Of a DNA stretch of 64,000 bases, positions 42,404-53,114 are shown piece by piece (position 1 is the stretch's first letter; every line of letters begins with the position of its first letter). The stretch lies in the NCBI GenBank assembly GCA_965261595.1, contig CBDHDG010000006.1, positions 1,728,001 through 1,792,000 on the forward strand. The letters run 5' to 3'. The position numbers and the translations under genes were made by a program. The notes beneath the pieces are model-generated. The model did no database searches, was not told the DNA's origin, and saw nothing but the letters and a program-made list of their open reading frames with translations. The stretch is from a bacterium. GTDB taxonomy: Bacteria > UBA8248 > JACPRG01 > G963555815.

Positions 42404-44585
42404 TGTTCAGTTCATTTATACTATTTTTGTCAATTGAATCGCTCCGACTCTCCGCTCCGGTATTTACCTCTTCTTTCTCGCTATTCTGAACTCCTCCTTG
42501 CCAATCTTCTGCGATAGTATTCCAGTCAATTTTGCGTTTCTCTTCTCCCGTCCAGACATTCCAAAACTCTGGATCGTCGGAACGGGGCTGTTGCTGCTTG
42601 GGCAGGTCGTTCATCTTCACCAGGACTGGTAGTTCCGATGCCCAGCCGAGCAGAATCGCACTCTGAGAGGGAAGCGAAGGTAGCTCGCGGAGGAGCCCTC
42701 TTAGGTTGTCAGGGACAAGCCTGTGGACGATCTCTTGGTCACGATCATTACTAATTCGGTGGAGGAGAAACGTATTGCACTGAGACAGAACCGTTGGAGA
42801 AAGATCGGACGGCCGCTGAGACGACAGAACCAGCCCCAGCCCGAACTTCCTCCCTTCGCGTGCAATACGCTCGAACACCTGACAGCAGACGGTTGCCGCG
42901 TCCATATTCTCTATATCGTCCTTGTAGCGTTTGATGAATGTGTGCGCCTCCTCCATCACCAGGACGGTAGGGAGCACGGTATTATTCAGCTTGACGAAAC
43001 GCTGAAGCGCTTCGAAGACCATGCGGGCTATCACCGCCGTGACGACATGAACAACATCGGTTGGCACTAGAGACAGGTCGATCACCGACACGCATCCGCC
43101 CTTGGCGTCATCGTCTCCGATATAGTCCTTAAGCCACTGATCGAGAGTAATACCACCGGTATCGTTGATAATCGCCCTCATCTTCGGATCTGACAAAAAT
43201 GTACGGATGCGGACAATCAGAAAGTCTAGATACTGATTTACATTTTCCTGGTTCGCCAGAATCTCAAGATGGTCCGCAAGGTCCGTTCCCCTGAACGGAA
43301 GTGGGACGTCTTCGCTAAGTCCTTCATGGTAGATGATGCCCCCGAGGCTTTCGATGGCCTCCTGTAAAGCATCAATAATCGTCTTGACTTGATCTTCCGT
43401 GAAGGCGCGATAGTACTCTATAGGTTCCCCATTCTTCTCAAAGCTCTTGTAATTTGCTTTCAGCGCTTGGTTGATAGCGTCTTTCACTTCCTGTAGGTGA
43501 CTGCTCGGAAATTCGGCGATCTTTGCATCTAAATCGCTTTCGATGGCACTCAGGCGAAAGCCGAACTTGCTTTCGTCTGTCTTAATCGCTCCGGAACTCA
43601 AGTCGCGGCGGATCAAGATCAGGTAAGAAGAGAGAGCCCTGCGTAGGGTGAGCTTTTTTTCCTCCTCGGTCGGTTCAGCGGCTCCTGTATGCCCAGCCTT
43701 GATTTCACGTAACGCGCGCCTGAGCAACGGCCGCTGCGTTCGTGCGCTTGCCTGTGTGAACGAACACCACTCGGCACTGTTCCAGAACCATAGCGGCACC
43801 TTCAGCGCAGTCTTGCTGTCAGCAGAACCCACTTTGAAAACTCGCGCCTGAACCGTGGAGTCACCGTCGCCAAAGGCCCTTGAATACTCACCATTGGGGT
43901 CCAGAACGATAAACCTTGCGTTGGGGTAGCCCATGTGGCCTTGTTCAGGACTCTGGGCATTGGAGAGATCCACACGGCCCTTTTGGGCCTGTTCAAGGCT
44001 CCAGCGGATCAGCCCGGCAACAGAGCAGGACTTGCCACTGCCGGTATTTCCGAGGACGGCCAGATGGCGCCCGAACAATCGATTCGGATCAACGCACACC
44101 TCCGCGTCGCCGGCAATGGGACTCGACCCGATTTTGACTCGCCTTTGTTCACCGGACTCGACGATCGATCGGAGCTGGGTCTCCGTCGGCAGCACCACGG
44201 TCGCGCCAACTGATGGCAATGCATCTGCACCTCGTCTGAAGACAAAGCACCCATCTGCCCCCTCTCGGAGCATGCCTAGCGGGTTGAGGCGCAGCCTGCG
44301 AAGTGGGTAGGGCAAATCCACGAGGCCGAAATCCTGCATCCCGCGCCGCTTCGGGAACGCGGATCGTTCGACCGTCAACCACTCAATCTGGCCAGCCAGG
44401 AACCCTTCATCGACCGGAATCAAGAGATAACCGTTGACCCGAGGAAACGGTCTGGGCGCACCGGCATTGAGCGCAACCGATTCGGGCGCCTCAATATCGA
44501 TGGCTACCTTGATCTCGTCCGGAGACACAAAGTCCACCGTGCCAATCCGTAGACTACCGGTTTGCTCAAAGGGGGACTGGTTCAT
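42387..44585 (-). CDS. herA: HerA-family ATPase of a Sir2-HerA system
   Basis: GNTGSGKS, DPNGEY, MEEAH, AREGRKFG, SQRP. Confidence 0.88.
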   Translation of the reverse strand: MNQSPFEQTGSLRIGTVDFVSPDEIKVAIDIEAPESVALNAGAPRPFPRVNGYLLIPVDEGFLAGQIEWLTVERSAFPKRRGMQDFGLVDLPYPLRRLRLNPLGMLREGADGCFVFRRGADALPSVGATVVLPTETQLRSIVESGEQRRVKIGSSPIAGDAEVCVDPNRLFGRHLAVLGNTGSGKSCSVAGLIRWSLEQAQKGRVDLSNAQSPEQGHMGYPNARFIVLDPNGEYSRAFGDGDSTVQARVFKVGSADSKTALKVPLWFWNSAEWCSFTQASARTQRPLLRRALREIKAGHTGAAEPTEEEKKLTLRRALSSYLILIRRDLSSGAIKTDESKFGFRLSAIESDLDAKIAEFPSSHLQEVKDAINQALKANYKSFEKNGEPIEYYRAFTEDQVKTIIDALQEAIESLGGIIYHEGLSEDVPLPFRGTDLADHLEILANQENVNQYLDFLIVRIRTFLSDPKMRAIINDTGGITLDQWLKDYIGDDDAKGGCVSVIDLSLVPTDVVHVVTAVIARMVFEALQRFVKLNNTVLPTVLVMEEAHTFIKRYKDDIENMDAATVCCQVFERIAREGRKFGLGLVLSSQRPSDLSPTVLSQCNTFLLHRISNDRDQEIVHRLVPDNLRGLLRELPSLPSQSAILLGWASELPVLVKMNDLPKQQQPRSDDPEFWNVWTGEEKRKIDWNTIAEDWQGGVQNSEKEEVNTGAESRSDSIDKNSINELNNDIPF

Positions 44586-46003
44586 GATGCCGACTCTTCT
44601 TGGTTCGGCGGGATGTCTCCTTGGGTGTCGCTGTCACCCTCTCTTGCATTCCACCGGGCCTTCAGTAGTTCCGCCATGCGGAAAGTCGTGCGGTCGATTG
44701 CCGGCTTCGGCAAGTAGTGGCCCACCAAGGCTTTAAGGTCGCCAAGGTGATCGCCGATCATCAGTGTGACCTGGGAGTTTCGGCCCAGTCTGTCGTATGT
44801 ACGCATAATCCTGCCAAGGGGGTCGTCGTACGCGATAATCACGAGGTGCGCGGACGGGATTGTGAGCATGTCTTCGATCACTCGATTGATGTGCTCATCG
44901 CCAAAGCCGTAGCCGTAACAAACCAAAGTGCTGTTAGGACGGCAGATCGCCGCAGCAAAGTCCCGAAACAGCTCGACGTATGGATAGGATGCGGTCTCCC
45001 GATCCTTGGCGGCATTCGGGTAGATCATGAGCCGAAGCGCATCCACGTTTTCGATCCCTGGAGCGGTCAGGTAGGGTGCCGCATCTTGCGCTCCGAACGG
45101 AAGCCCGATACGGCGAATCGCCTCATCGCAGTCAACCCAGTCGACGGACCCGTGCAGCTTCGTGAAACGAGCCACGCCCTCCAGGTAGCGCGCCTCGCCG
45201 CGGATGCCGGGTGGGTTGTAGTGCAGATCGACATCAAGGCGTGACGCGCGGAACACCGGCGCCAGTGTTCCGACAAACCGGTCGATCATGCGTAATCCTG
45301 CCACATCGGCGCCCGCTTCAATGCACCGGTCGTAGTTCGTCGTAAAGAGATGCAAGCGTTCACGGGTGCCTGATCGGCTGGCGAAACTCATCAGAAAGCT
45401 GACGAGATAGTTGAAGGCCTCCTCACGTTTTTTGGGATCCGCTGAGGCAAGGTTGTGCTCCCCTTCCAAGAGTGAAGTTGTAAATGACTGGATTACTCTC
45501 GTCAGTCCTTCTCGTAAGGATGAAACTTGCGCATGACCGGAGGTTCCGCCTGCAATATCAGGCGGCGGGATAACCTCCAAGCCGCGGAGCAGCTCGTTCG
45601 CCACACGAACCTGATCCTCGAAATTTCCGCTCTCGCGCTGTGCGGCTTCAGCAACCCTCTCTGCTTCTGCCGAGATTTCATCATCGAAAATACCAAACTG
45701 GATGGATTGCATCCCCGGCAGCTCCTTGCCCTTCGCGATTCCATGGACGGCGTGGGTGAGACCCGAACCGATCAGCAAGGAAAGATGCTCGGATTGGACA
45801 AGTGCGGTCAGCCACGGCTCAATGCGGGATCGGAGCTTCTGCGGACTGAGGGGTTTGTCAGGCTTCGCCCAAGAGCACTTTGCGTCGGCTGACAACTGGA
45901 AGGATTCGTGCGGATCTGCCGATGATGAATCATGCTTCATCAACGACACCGGAACATGATCGTCTCGGGTCTTGAGTATCTGGCAGCTCTGTTTTGACGT
46001 CAT
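44582..46003 (-). CDS. SIR2-family NADase
   Basis: LLIGSG, FTTNYD, KLHGS, GYGFGDEHIN; ATGA coupling to herA. Confidence 0.88.
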   Translation of the reverse strand: MTSKQSCQILKTRDDHVPVSLMKHDSSSADPHESFQLSADAKCSWAKPDKPLSPQKLRSRIEPWLTALVQSEHLSLLIGSGLTHAVHGIAKGKELPGMQSIQFGIFDDEISAEAERVAEAAQRESGNFEDQVRVANELLRGLEVIPPPDIAGGTSGHAQVSSLREGLTRVIQSFTTSLLEGEHNLASADPKKREEAFNYLVSFLMSFASRSGTRERLHLFTTNYDRCIEAGADVAGLRMIDRFVGTLAPVFRASRLDVDLHYNPPGIRGEARYLEGVARFTKLHGSVDWVDCDEAIRRIGLPFGAQDAAPYLTAPGIENVDALRLMIYPNAAKDRETASYPYVELFRDFAAAICRPNSTLVCYGYGFGDEHINRVIEDMLTIPSAHLVIIAYDDPLGRIMRTYDRLGRNSQVTLMIGDHLGDLKALVGHYLPKPAIDRTTFRMAELLKARWNAREGDSDTQGDIPPNQEESAS

Positions 46004-46140
46004 GTGTTGCCTCCTCCCATAACCTCCCCCAGAAGCCCCTCGGTCTCCTCCTCCAGCGCTAGAATATCGGCCCGGATCTCCTCCAGGGCCCGCATGGGCT
46101 TCGGCTTGCAGTCGGCGTAGGGTTTGAGATCAGCGATCAT
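46000..46140 (-). other. 46-aa chimeric mini-ORF: HsdS-like N-terminus fused to HsdM C-terminus
   Basis: MIADLKPYAD-CKPKPMRALEEIRADILALEEETEGLLGEVMGGGNT; ATGA overlaps with the fic stop and the sir2 start. Confidence 0.8.
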
Positions 46141-47318
46141 GCGCCGGCCTCCGGCTCGGTGTCGTGGAACAGGTCGACGTAGCTCTGATACATGAACCTC
46201 CGGTTGCGTGTCCGGCCGGTGAATTCGCGCAGGATGCGGCTATCAGCCATCCGCGCGACCAGATTATTGGCCGCGGTGTAGGTTGTTCCGGTCAAGCGCT
46301 GCACGTTACTTACTGACACGATCGGGTCTTCATAAATATATTCCAGAACGCGATGGCCATTGGCGGCGGCGCGGCCGAAGTTCTCGGTGATCACACGACG
46401 ATGCTCTTCACGCAGAGCGAGTATCCGCCTTGCCGTTTCGGTCGCCTGTCCGCTCACCTCCACAATGCCGCGCAGGAAGAAGGTAAGCCACTTTTCCCAC
46501 GTTCCGGCGTCGCGCACCGATTGCAACTCCTCGTAATATTGTTGCCGGTGCTGCTTGAAGAACCAGGACAGGTAGAGGACCGGCTTTTGCAACACCCCCT
46601 GCTCGCAGAGCAGAAAGGTGATGAGCAGCCGTCCCACGCGGCCATTGCCGTCCAGGAAGGGGTGAATCGTCTCGAACTGGGCATGGGCCAGTCCGATTTT
46701 GACCAGCAGCGGCAACTCCGTGTCGGCGTGGATGAATCGCTCCAATTGCGACATGTCCTCCGCGACCTGGTGGGGCGGAGGCGGGACGAAGAGGGCCTCG
46801 TGAAGCGTGCAGCCGGCAGGCCCGATCCAGTTCTGGCTGCTCCTCAGCTCGCCGGGCGTGAGATGAGAGCCCCGCGCGCCTTGGAGGAGCTTGGCGTGGA
46901 TTTCTCGGATCAGTCGGATCGAAACCGGCAGCTCAGGCAGCCTTTTCAGGCCGTGATTCATGGCTTTGACATAGTTCACCACTTCGCCTACGTCGCTCGC
47001 TCGATTCGGAGCGAATATCCTCGCTTCAGCCGCCAGCAGGTCTTGCAGCGAGCTCTGCGTCCCCTCAATCTGGCTCGACAGCACCGCCTCCTTGCGGACG
47101 TACATGCAAACGAACAGATCCGGATTGGGCAGCGTTTGGATTGATCCATCGAGACGCCCGAGTGCGCGATCGGCCTGCGAGAGCAGCGCTTGCAACTCCC
47201 CGGTGATTTTGACGGGCGGATCAGGCGGCAAGGGCGCCGGAATGAAAGCCCTGTAGCCGGCCGGCTGCGCGATATATCGCCCTGCTCGGGTGGCGTAGTC
47301 GGTTCGGTGCTCAGCCAT
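46137..47318 (-). CDS. Fic family protein with C-terminal HTH
   Basis: SSQIEGT and canonical HPFLDGNGRVGR. Confidence 0.92.
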   Translation of the reverse strand: MAEHRTDYATRAGRYIAQPAGYRAFIPAPLPPDPPVKITGELQALLSQADRALGRLDGSIQTLPNPDLFVCMYVRKEAVLSSQIEGTQSSLQDLLAAEARIFAPNRASDVGEVVNYVKAMNHGLKRLPELPVSIRLIREIHAKLLQGARGSHLTPGELRSSQNWIGPAGCTLHEALFVPPPPHQVAEDMSQLERFIHADTELPLLVKIGLAHAQFETIHPFLDGNGRVGRLLITFLLCEQGVLQKPVLYLSWFFKQHRQQYYEELQSVRDAGTWEKWLTFFLRGIVEVSGQATETARRILALREEHRRVITENFGRAAANGHRVLEYIYEDPIVSVSNVQRLTGTTYTAANNLVARMADSRILREFTGRTRNRRFMYQSYVDLFHDTEPEAGA

Positions 47319-47512
47319 GTTGCTCTTTCTATAATTACAGAGGCAAAACAATCTTGTATTACATTTAAACTTTAATATAAAAAACTCAACAGCCTTATGC
47401 AAGGCTATCTGTAATATAAATGCCTTTGAAGGGTTATATTGAAAGTTGCATTGAATATAGGAGTGAAGTCCGTTCTTGCTAAAGGCTGTGTTGAATAAAG
47501 GCATTCCCGCCC

Positions 47513-49493
47513 CTACCCGCCGACAATCTCTCCCAGCAACCCCTCGGTCTCCTCTTCCAGCGCCAGGATGTCGGCGCGGATCTCCTCCAGGGTCCGCATG
47601 GGCTTCGGCTTGTAGAAGTAGCGGGTGAAGCTGATCTCGTAGCCCGTCTTCACGCTGTCGGGCGCGTACCAGGCGTCCGGCGCGTAGGGCAGAACCTCAC
47701 GCTTCAGGAAAGCGTCGATGCCGCCCTCGTCCAGCAGCGGAACCTGCTCGGTGTCGCGCAGGTCCGGATCGGGCTCGTACTCCACCACGGCGGGCTTGCC
47801 GTCTATCGTGGCCTCGAACAGGCCGCGCAGCGGGTCGGCCCGGGTTCCTCTCTTGTGGATCTTCCTGATGACGGGCGAGGCGGTCTCGCTTCTGTCGCCG
47901 GTCTCCTTGAGCTTCTTGATCTCGGCGGCCTTGCAGGCGCGGCTGGGGTCCGCGCCATCGATGCGCAGAGGCCGATCGATCGTCACCTTCCAGTAGCCGA
48001 AAGCGGCGTTGGGGAAGATCCTGCTCTGCTCGGTTTCCTTGAAATCGAAAAACGCCTCGCAGATGCGGTCGATGTCCTCGTCCGACAGCTCGCAGTTCTT
48101 CTTGCCCAGGTTCTTGCGCAGGGGCCGGGACCATTGGGTGACATCGATCAACTGCACCTTGCCTTGGCGGCGCTCGGGTTTGCGGTTGGTCAACACCCAG
48201 ATGTAGGTTGCGATGCCGGTATTGTAGAACATGTTGAGCGGCAGGGCGACGACGGCCTCCAGCCAGTCGTTCTCGATGATCCAGCGGCGGATGTTGCTCT
48301 CGCCCTGGCCGGCGTCGCCGGTGAACAGGGAGCTGCCGTTGTGGACCTCGGCGATGCGGCTGCCGAGCGGGGTGTTCCGCTTCATCTTGGAGAGCTTGTT
48401 GGCGAGAAAGAGCATCTGGCCGTCGCTGGATCGGGTGATGAGGGAATACTCGGGATCTCCCGCATGCTCGATCACGAAGCGCGGGTCGCGCATGTCGCTC
48501 TTCCCGCCCATGCGCTCCAGATCGCTTTTCCAGCTCTTGCCGTAGGGCGGATTGGAGAGCATGAAGTCGAACTCGCGAGCGGCGAAGGCGTCGTTGGCGA
48601 GGGTGGAGTGCTCCGGGCCGCCCACGATGTTGTCTGCGGCGGCGCCCTCGCCCTTGAGCAGGAGATCGGCCTTGCAGATGGCGTAGGTCTCGGCGTTGAT
48701 CTCCTGGCCGTAGAGGTGGGTGGAGACCTCCTTGCCGCGCTCGGCGGCGAGCTGCTCCAGGGTCTCCTCGGCTACGGTGAGCATCCCGCCGGTTCCGCAG
48801 GCTCCGTCGTAGACCAGGTAGGTGCCGGACTCGATCCGATCGGCGATGGGTAGGAAAACGAGTTTCGCCATGAGCTTCACGGCGTCGCGCGGGGTCCAGT
48901 GTTCGCCGGCCTCCTCGTTGTTCTCCTCGTTGAAGCGCCGGACCAGCTCTTCGAAGATCGTGCCCATCCCGTGATTGTCGAGGCCGGGATGCCGGACAGA
49001 GCCGTCGGCGTTCAGGACCGGGACGGGGCTCAGGTTGATGTCGGGCGAGGTGAGCTTTTCTATCAGCAGGCCCAGGGCATCGGCTTTGGAGAGCCGCGGG
49101 ATCTGGTTGCGGAACTCGAAGTTGTCCAGAATGTCCTGCACGTTGGGCGAGAACCCGTCCAGGTAGGCCTCGAAGTCGGCCTTGAGCTGCTGGAGGTTGG
49201 CCCGCGCCCGCAGGTCCCGCAAGGTGAACTTCGAGGTGTTGTAAAAGGCCTGCCCCGCCGCCTGCCGCAGGGCCGGGTCCTGTTCGACCACGCCCGCCGC
49301 GTCGAGAGAGGCCTTCATCTCCAGGACGGCCTGCTTGCTGCCTTCGAGCACCGAACCGAGCCTACGGAGCACGGTCATGGGAAGGATCACGTCCCGGTAC
49401 TTGCCGCGGGACGTAGAGGTCGCGCAGGATGTCGTCTGCGATGCCCCAGATGTAGTTCGCAATCCAGTTGAGATCGCTGTTGTTCATCGCCAT
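47513..49493 (-). pseudogene. hsdM: Type I RM methyltransferase subunit, +1 frameshift near 49408
   Basis: WIANYIWGIADD..LRDLY in one frame; GKYRDVILP, GEHWTPR, DGACGTGG, NPPY in the other. Confidence 0.9.
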
Positions 49494-49756
49494 TCCCGGG
49501 TGGTGATCGCTTTCAACTGTTTACCGGGCGCTCTTTCTGAGGCCGGCAACATGCAGGGCGTTTGTTCGTACGTCGCGTAGTTCGCCGAAACTTTACATGC
49601 TCAGAAGATAGCGATGATTGGCGGCATACACAAGCAACAACTTGGCGTGGTGTCGAAGATGCGGCGAGCCGATGGCTCCACCACCTTGCGGTAAGAAGTG
49701 ATCGGCGACTGGCGGCATGATCATGTTTTCATTGAGGCAGTTTCAGCCATTTCAGT

Positions 49757-49962
49757 TGTGGGGTTCGTATACATGGTTTCATCTTGCAATATGAGGAATG
49801 GATGCGGAACAGAAGAAGCGCCTGGGCTGGATCGAGTTGTATCAGGCAACCGGCGACGCGGGCCTCGTTTGCCGGCGATGCGGTATTTCCCGACGACCCT
49901 GCGCAAGTGGCAGCGGAGATACGATTAAGCCGGTGTGGACGGCCTGAGGAACCAGAGCAGGC
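49757..49962 (+). mobile_element. IS481-like remnant (left end and degraded HTH start)
   Basis: MDAEQKKRLGWIELYQATGDAGLVCRRCGIS..TLRKW.RRY..G.DGL...SR with a frameshift and stop. Confidence 0.6.
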
Positions 49963-50190
49963 GTGGAGAAGGAGCGTTTCATTGAGCAGATCCGCCTCGC
50001 GTGGTTGTACTGTCCCGACGAAGTGATAAGGGCAGGGTACGCATTTCTCGCAACCGTTTCGGATACTGCCACGTCTTCCCACCAAGAGAGGGAGCGCGCT
50101 CTTGCGGAATTCGTGATTAGTCTGAGACGGAATCTCAAGCCCGGTACGCATTTGACTGCGGATGACTACCGCAACTTGAAAAGCACCTGA
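49963..50190 (+). pseudogene. C-terminal fragment of a hypothetical protein
   Basis: EKERFIEQIRLAWLYCPDEVIRA..; begins abruptly at the IS481 break. Confidence 0.4.
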
Positions 50191-50191
50191 C

Positions 50192-50249
50192 CTGACCTCT
50201 TAACCATCTTGCATGCTTCATAGTACGGACGAGAAGGTTAAGAGGTCAG
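50192..50249. repeat. Long inverted repeat/hairpin
   Basis: CTGACCTCTTAACC..GGTTAAGAGGTCAG perfect 14-bp arms plus partial inner pairing. Confidence 0.75.
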
Positions 50250-50375
50250 ATGAGATCGACGACGGGTTAGATTCCTCGCTTGACGCATCCAGCGCCGGAA
50301 CTGCAGCGGGCGAAGCGGAAGGATAATATCGCCGCTACTCGTTGGAGAACGCGCTTCTCAATACGCTGATATATC

Positions 50376-51620
50376 TCAATTTCCAGGTGGGTGCGCCTCC
50401 GCAGCCGGCACGTCTTCCCCCATCAGCTTGTCAATACGGTCGGCGATCCGCTGTGTGGGCTCTCGGAGCTGCTCCACCGTCCAGTCAGCGGCGTAACCCT
50501 CGGTCACGTCCTGGGGCCGGGCGTGATTGACGAGGCGCTTGGTCAGCGAGCGCGGCAGCATGAGTTCCCGCTCGGCCACCGTGATGAAGGCGTTGCGCAA
50601 ACCGTGGAACCAGAACCGTGTTCCGCCCTCCTCGGTGATATCGCCGTAGAACCTCGCGATGTCCGCGACGTGTCCGCTCCCGCTCTTAGAAGACGGAAAC
50701 ACCCAGCCGTTCTGGCGCGCCGCCGGGTCGGCGTCCGCTAGGCGCTGCTCGAGGATGGCGGCGAGTTGCCGGGTGAGCGGAAGCTCCAGCGGCTCCCCGG
50801 TCTTGGTCTCCTCGACCCTGAGGATGCGCCGCTCCATGTCCACCTGCTCCCAGCGCAGCGAAACGATCTCGCCCCGGCGCATGCCGGTGTAGATGCCGAT
50901 CAGGAAGATGTCGCGAACCTCCGGTTCGAGGTCGGCGGCCTCGATGCCCGCGCGCCAGCGAGGCAACACCTCCGCCGGGCTCGATATCCGCCGCCTCCGC
51001 TTCCGGTGGAAGCGCCCCCCGGCCGCCAGCCACAGGTCGACTGGATTGCGCAAACCCTCGAAATCGACGCAGGGCCGGCGGTAGATCGAGCGCAGCATCG
51101 AGAGCGTCTGGTTGGCCGCCGACCAGCCGTTTCTGGCGGTGATGAGATTGAAGCGGTCCTCCACGTCCTGGCGGGTGATGGCGTCGAGCGGACGCTTCAG
51201 CCAGTCGGAGACGTTGACCCGCAGGTTCTGTTGGTAGAGCCTGACGGTATTGGCTGCGCGGTTGGGATTAGCCGCCATGTAGACCTCGAAGGCTCGGGCC
51301 AGGGTGGGGACGCCGCGGGCATCGGCTCGTTCTCCGGCAGGATCCTCGCCCCGGGCGACGCGTCCGAGCAGGTCCTGGGCCATGCGCCGCGCCCGGTCTG
51401 GAGCGATGCGGCCGTAGCGTCCGATCACCACCCGCTTGTTGGGCGCCTTGCGGCCGCCGGAGCCTGCGCGGTAGTTGACGATGAACGACTTGGTGCCCGA
51501 GGGCTGGACGCGAACGCCGAAGCCCGTCAGCTTGTCGTCCCAGGCGATCCAGGACTTCTCTGTGGGCCTGGTGAGTGTCGTCCTGACCCTGGCGATGCGT
51601 TTTCCGGTGTTCTCGTTCAT
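50376..51620 (-). CDS. Arm-type tyrosine recombinase/integrase 1
   Basis: WDDKLTGFGVRV arm-binding domain; TGMRRGE, TKTG, HGLR, VNH, EGY. Confidence 0.92.
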   Translation of the reverse strand: MNENTGKRIARVRTTLTRPTEKSWIAWDDKLTGFGVRVQPSGTKSFIVNYRAGSGGRKAPNKRVVIGRYGRIAPDRARRMAQDLLGRVARGEDPAGERADARGVPTLARAFEVYMAANPNRAANTVRLYQQNLRVNVSDWLKRPLDAITRQDVEDRFNLITARNGWSAANQTLSMLRSIYRRPCVDFEGLRNPVDLWLAAGGRFHRKRRRRISSPAEVLPRWRAGIEAADLEPEVRDIFLIGIYTGMRRGEIVSLRWEQVDMERRILRVEETKTGEPLELPLTRQLAAILEQRLADADPAARQNGWVFPSSKSGSGHVADIARFYGDITEEGGTRFWFHGLRNAFITVAERELMLPRSLTKRLVNHARPQDVTEGYAADWTVEQLREPTQRIADRIDKLMGEDVPAAEAHPPGN

Positions 51621-51740
51621 GCCCGGACTATAACACCGTGCATCAGAATTGGCAACACTATTGTCAACACACGAAAAGAAACCGGAGCGTTCGCAAACGT
51701 ACGAATTGCGGTAGATCAGAGACAGGAATCCATTATAATT

Positions 51741-52640
51741 GGGGATTATAAAGGTTTTGACACCAATTGAGTGAGATGTTGGACCACCAGGGGAAAGAGA
51801 TCCTGGTGTCGGTGATTGTAACGGAATTCCATCTCCTTCAGGTAGAGGGGGAACCGCTCTTTGGACACCCCATGATGTTTGATGAGCCTCTCCTTGGCGT
51901 AGGCCCAAAAGCCTTCCAGGCCGTTGATGTGCACTTTGCCCCGACTGAAGCGCCGATCATGATCCACCCGCAAGTGGCGATAGCCGCAGAACATCAGGGC
52001 GTCATAGACCCGGTAGCGGTCGGTGTAGACCACGCTGCCCCGACGGACCAACTTCACGGTGGAGGCCAAAAGGGTCTGGGCCTTGACGTTGCCGACCGCC
52101 TCCACCTTCACCCGGCCGCCCCGCTCCAATATGCCGAAAACAGGGACTTTACCCGCTGCGCCTCGGCCTCTCTTCCCCTTGCGCCTGCCCCCGAAGTAGG
52201 CCTCGTCCGCCTCCACCTCCCCTCGAAGAAGCTCCTGTCCCCCCGGCGTGCCGGCCACAAGACTGCGCCTGAGCGTCGTCACAGCCCTGAGCGCCGTCGG
52301 ATAGCTCACGGCGAGTTGCTGGGCCATCTTGCGGGCCGAGACCTCCAGCTCAAAGAGCTTCACCACCCAAAGCCACTGCCGGGCCGAGAGGCGAAGCTGG
52401 CCCAGCCAGCGGCCCGTGAACGGCCCGAAGGTGTACCGACACCCAGCGCAGCGAAAGCGCCCTTTCGTGCCCACAACGTAGCATTTTCGACCCTCACAAC
52501 GAGGGCAGATTTTACGCCTGTTTTTCTGACACGCCCTGAGCAAATGGCGTCTCGCTGTAACCTCCGTTTTTACAAGGCCTTCAAAGCTCTTTACGTCCAT
52601 GACACCAGCCTAATCCGGTGTCATAGCCTTTACAATCCCC
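51741..52640 (-). mobile_element. Complete IS1595-family element (900 bp), transposase 51746-52600, 8-bp TSD TTATAATT
   Basis: IRs GGGGATTATAAAGG/GGGGATTGTAAAGG; EADEAYFGG, YTD, INGLEGFW; TSD at 51733-51740 and 52641-52648. Confidence 0.95.
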
Positions 52641-52716
52641 TTATAATTAATTGAAAGACATATAGTATAGGCGTTTCATTCGAAGACAATCGTACTTTTG
52701 TCTGTTTTGGTATAAT

Positions 52717-52920
52717 ATGTTTCTCGAACATGTCGACCAGCCCGGGCTGGAAGGTGACGACCCGGTGCCACTCGGTCTTGTCGACCCGATCGCCGGTCTG
52801 CTTGTCGATGTAGCCCTCGTCGGTGGCGATCGACAGGTTGGCCACGCGTCCGCCGCTGGTGAGGTGGTTGACAGTGACGTCGGCGCCGAGGCGGCCGATC
52901 ACTTCAGCGCGATTGAGTCC
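52717..52920 (-). pseudogene. ssb: Internal fragment of ICE/plasmid-type single-stranded DNA-binding protein
   Basis: GLNRAEVIGRLGAD..LSIATDE..KTEWHRVVTF; lacks start codon and C-terminal half. Confidence 0.85.
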
Positions 52921-53114
52921 GAATATTTAAATGGCAATACTGCGCACGGCTGCGTAGGCACGCGATGGGAACGTCATCTGTACATATAATTCAGGCTATT
53001 ATACGAATTATGTCATAATCGTCCGCGACACGGGCGTGAAGATATACGCTGGTATTGACTTTTTAGTGTTGATTGATATGATGACTTTCAGGCCATTTCA
53101 CGGAGATAATCATT

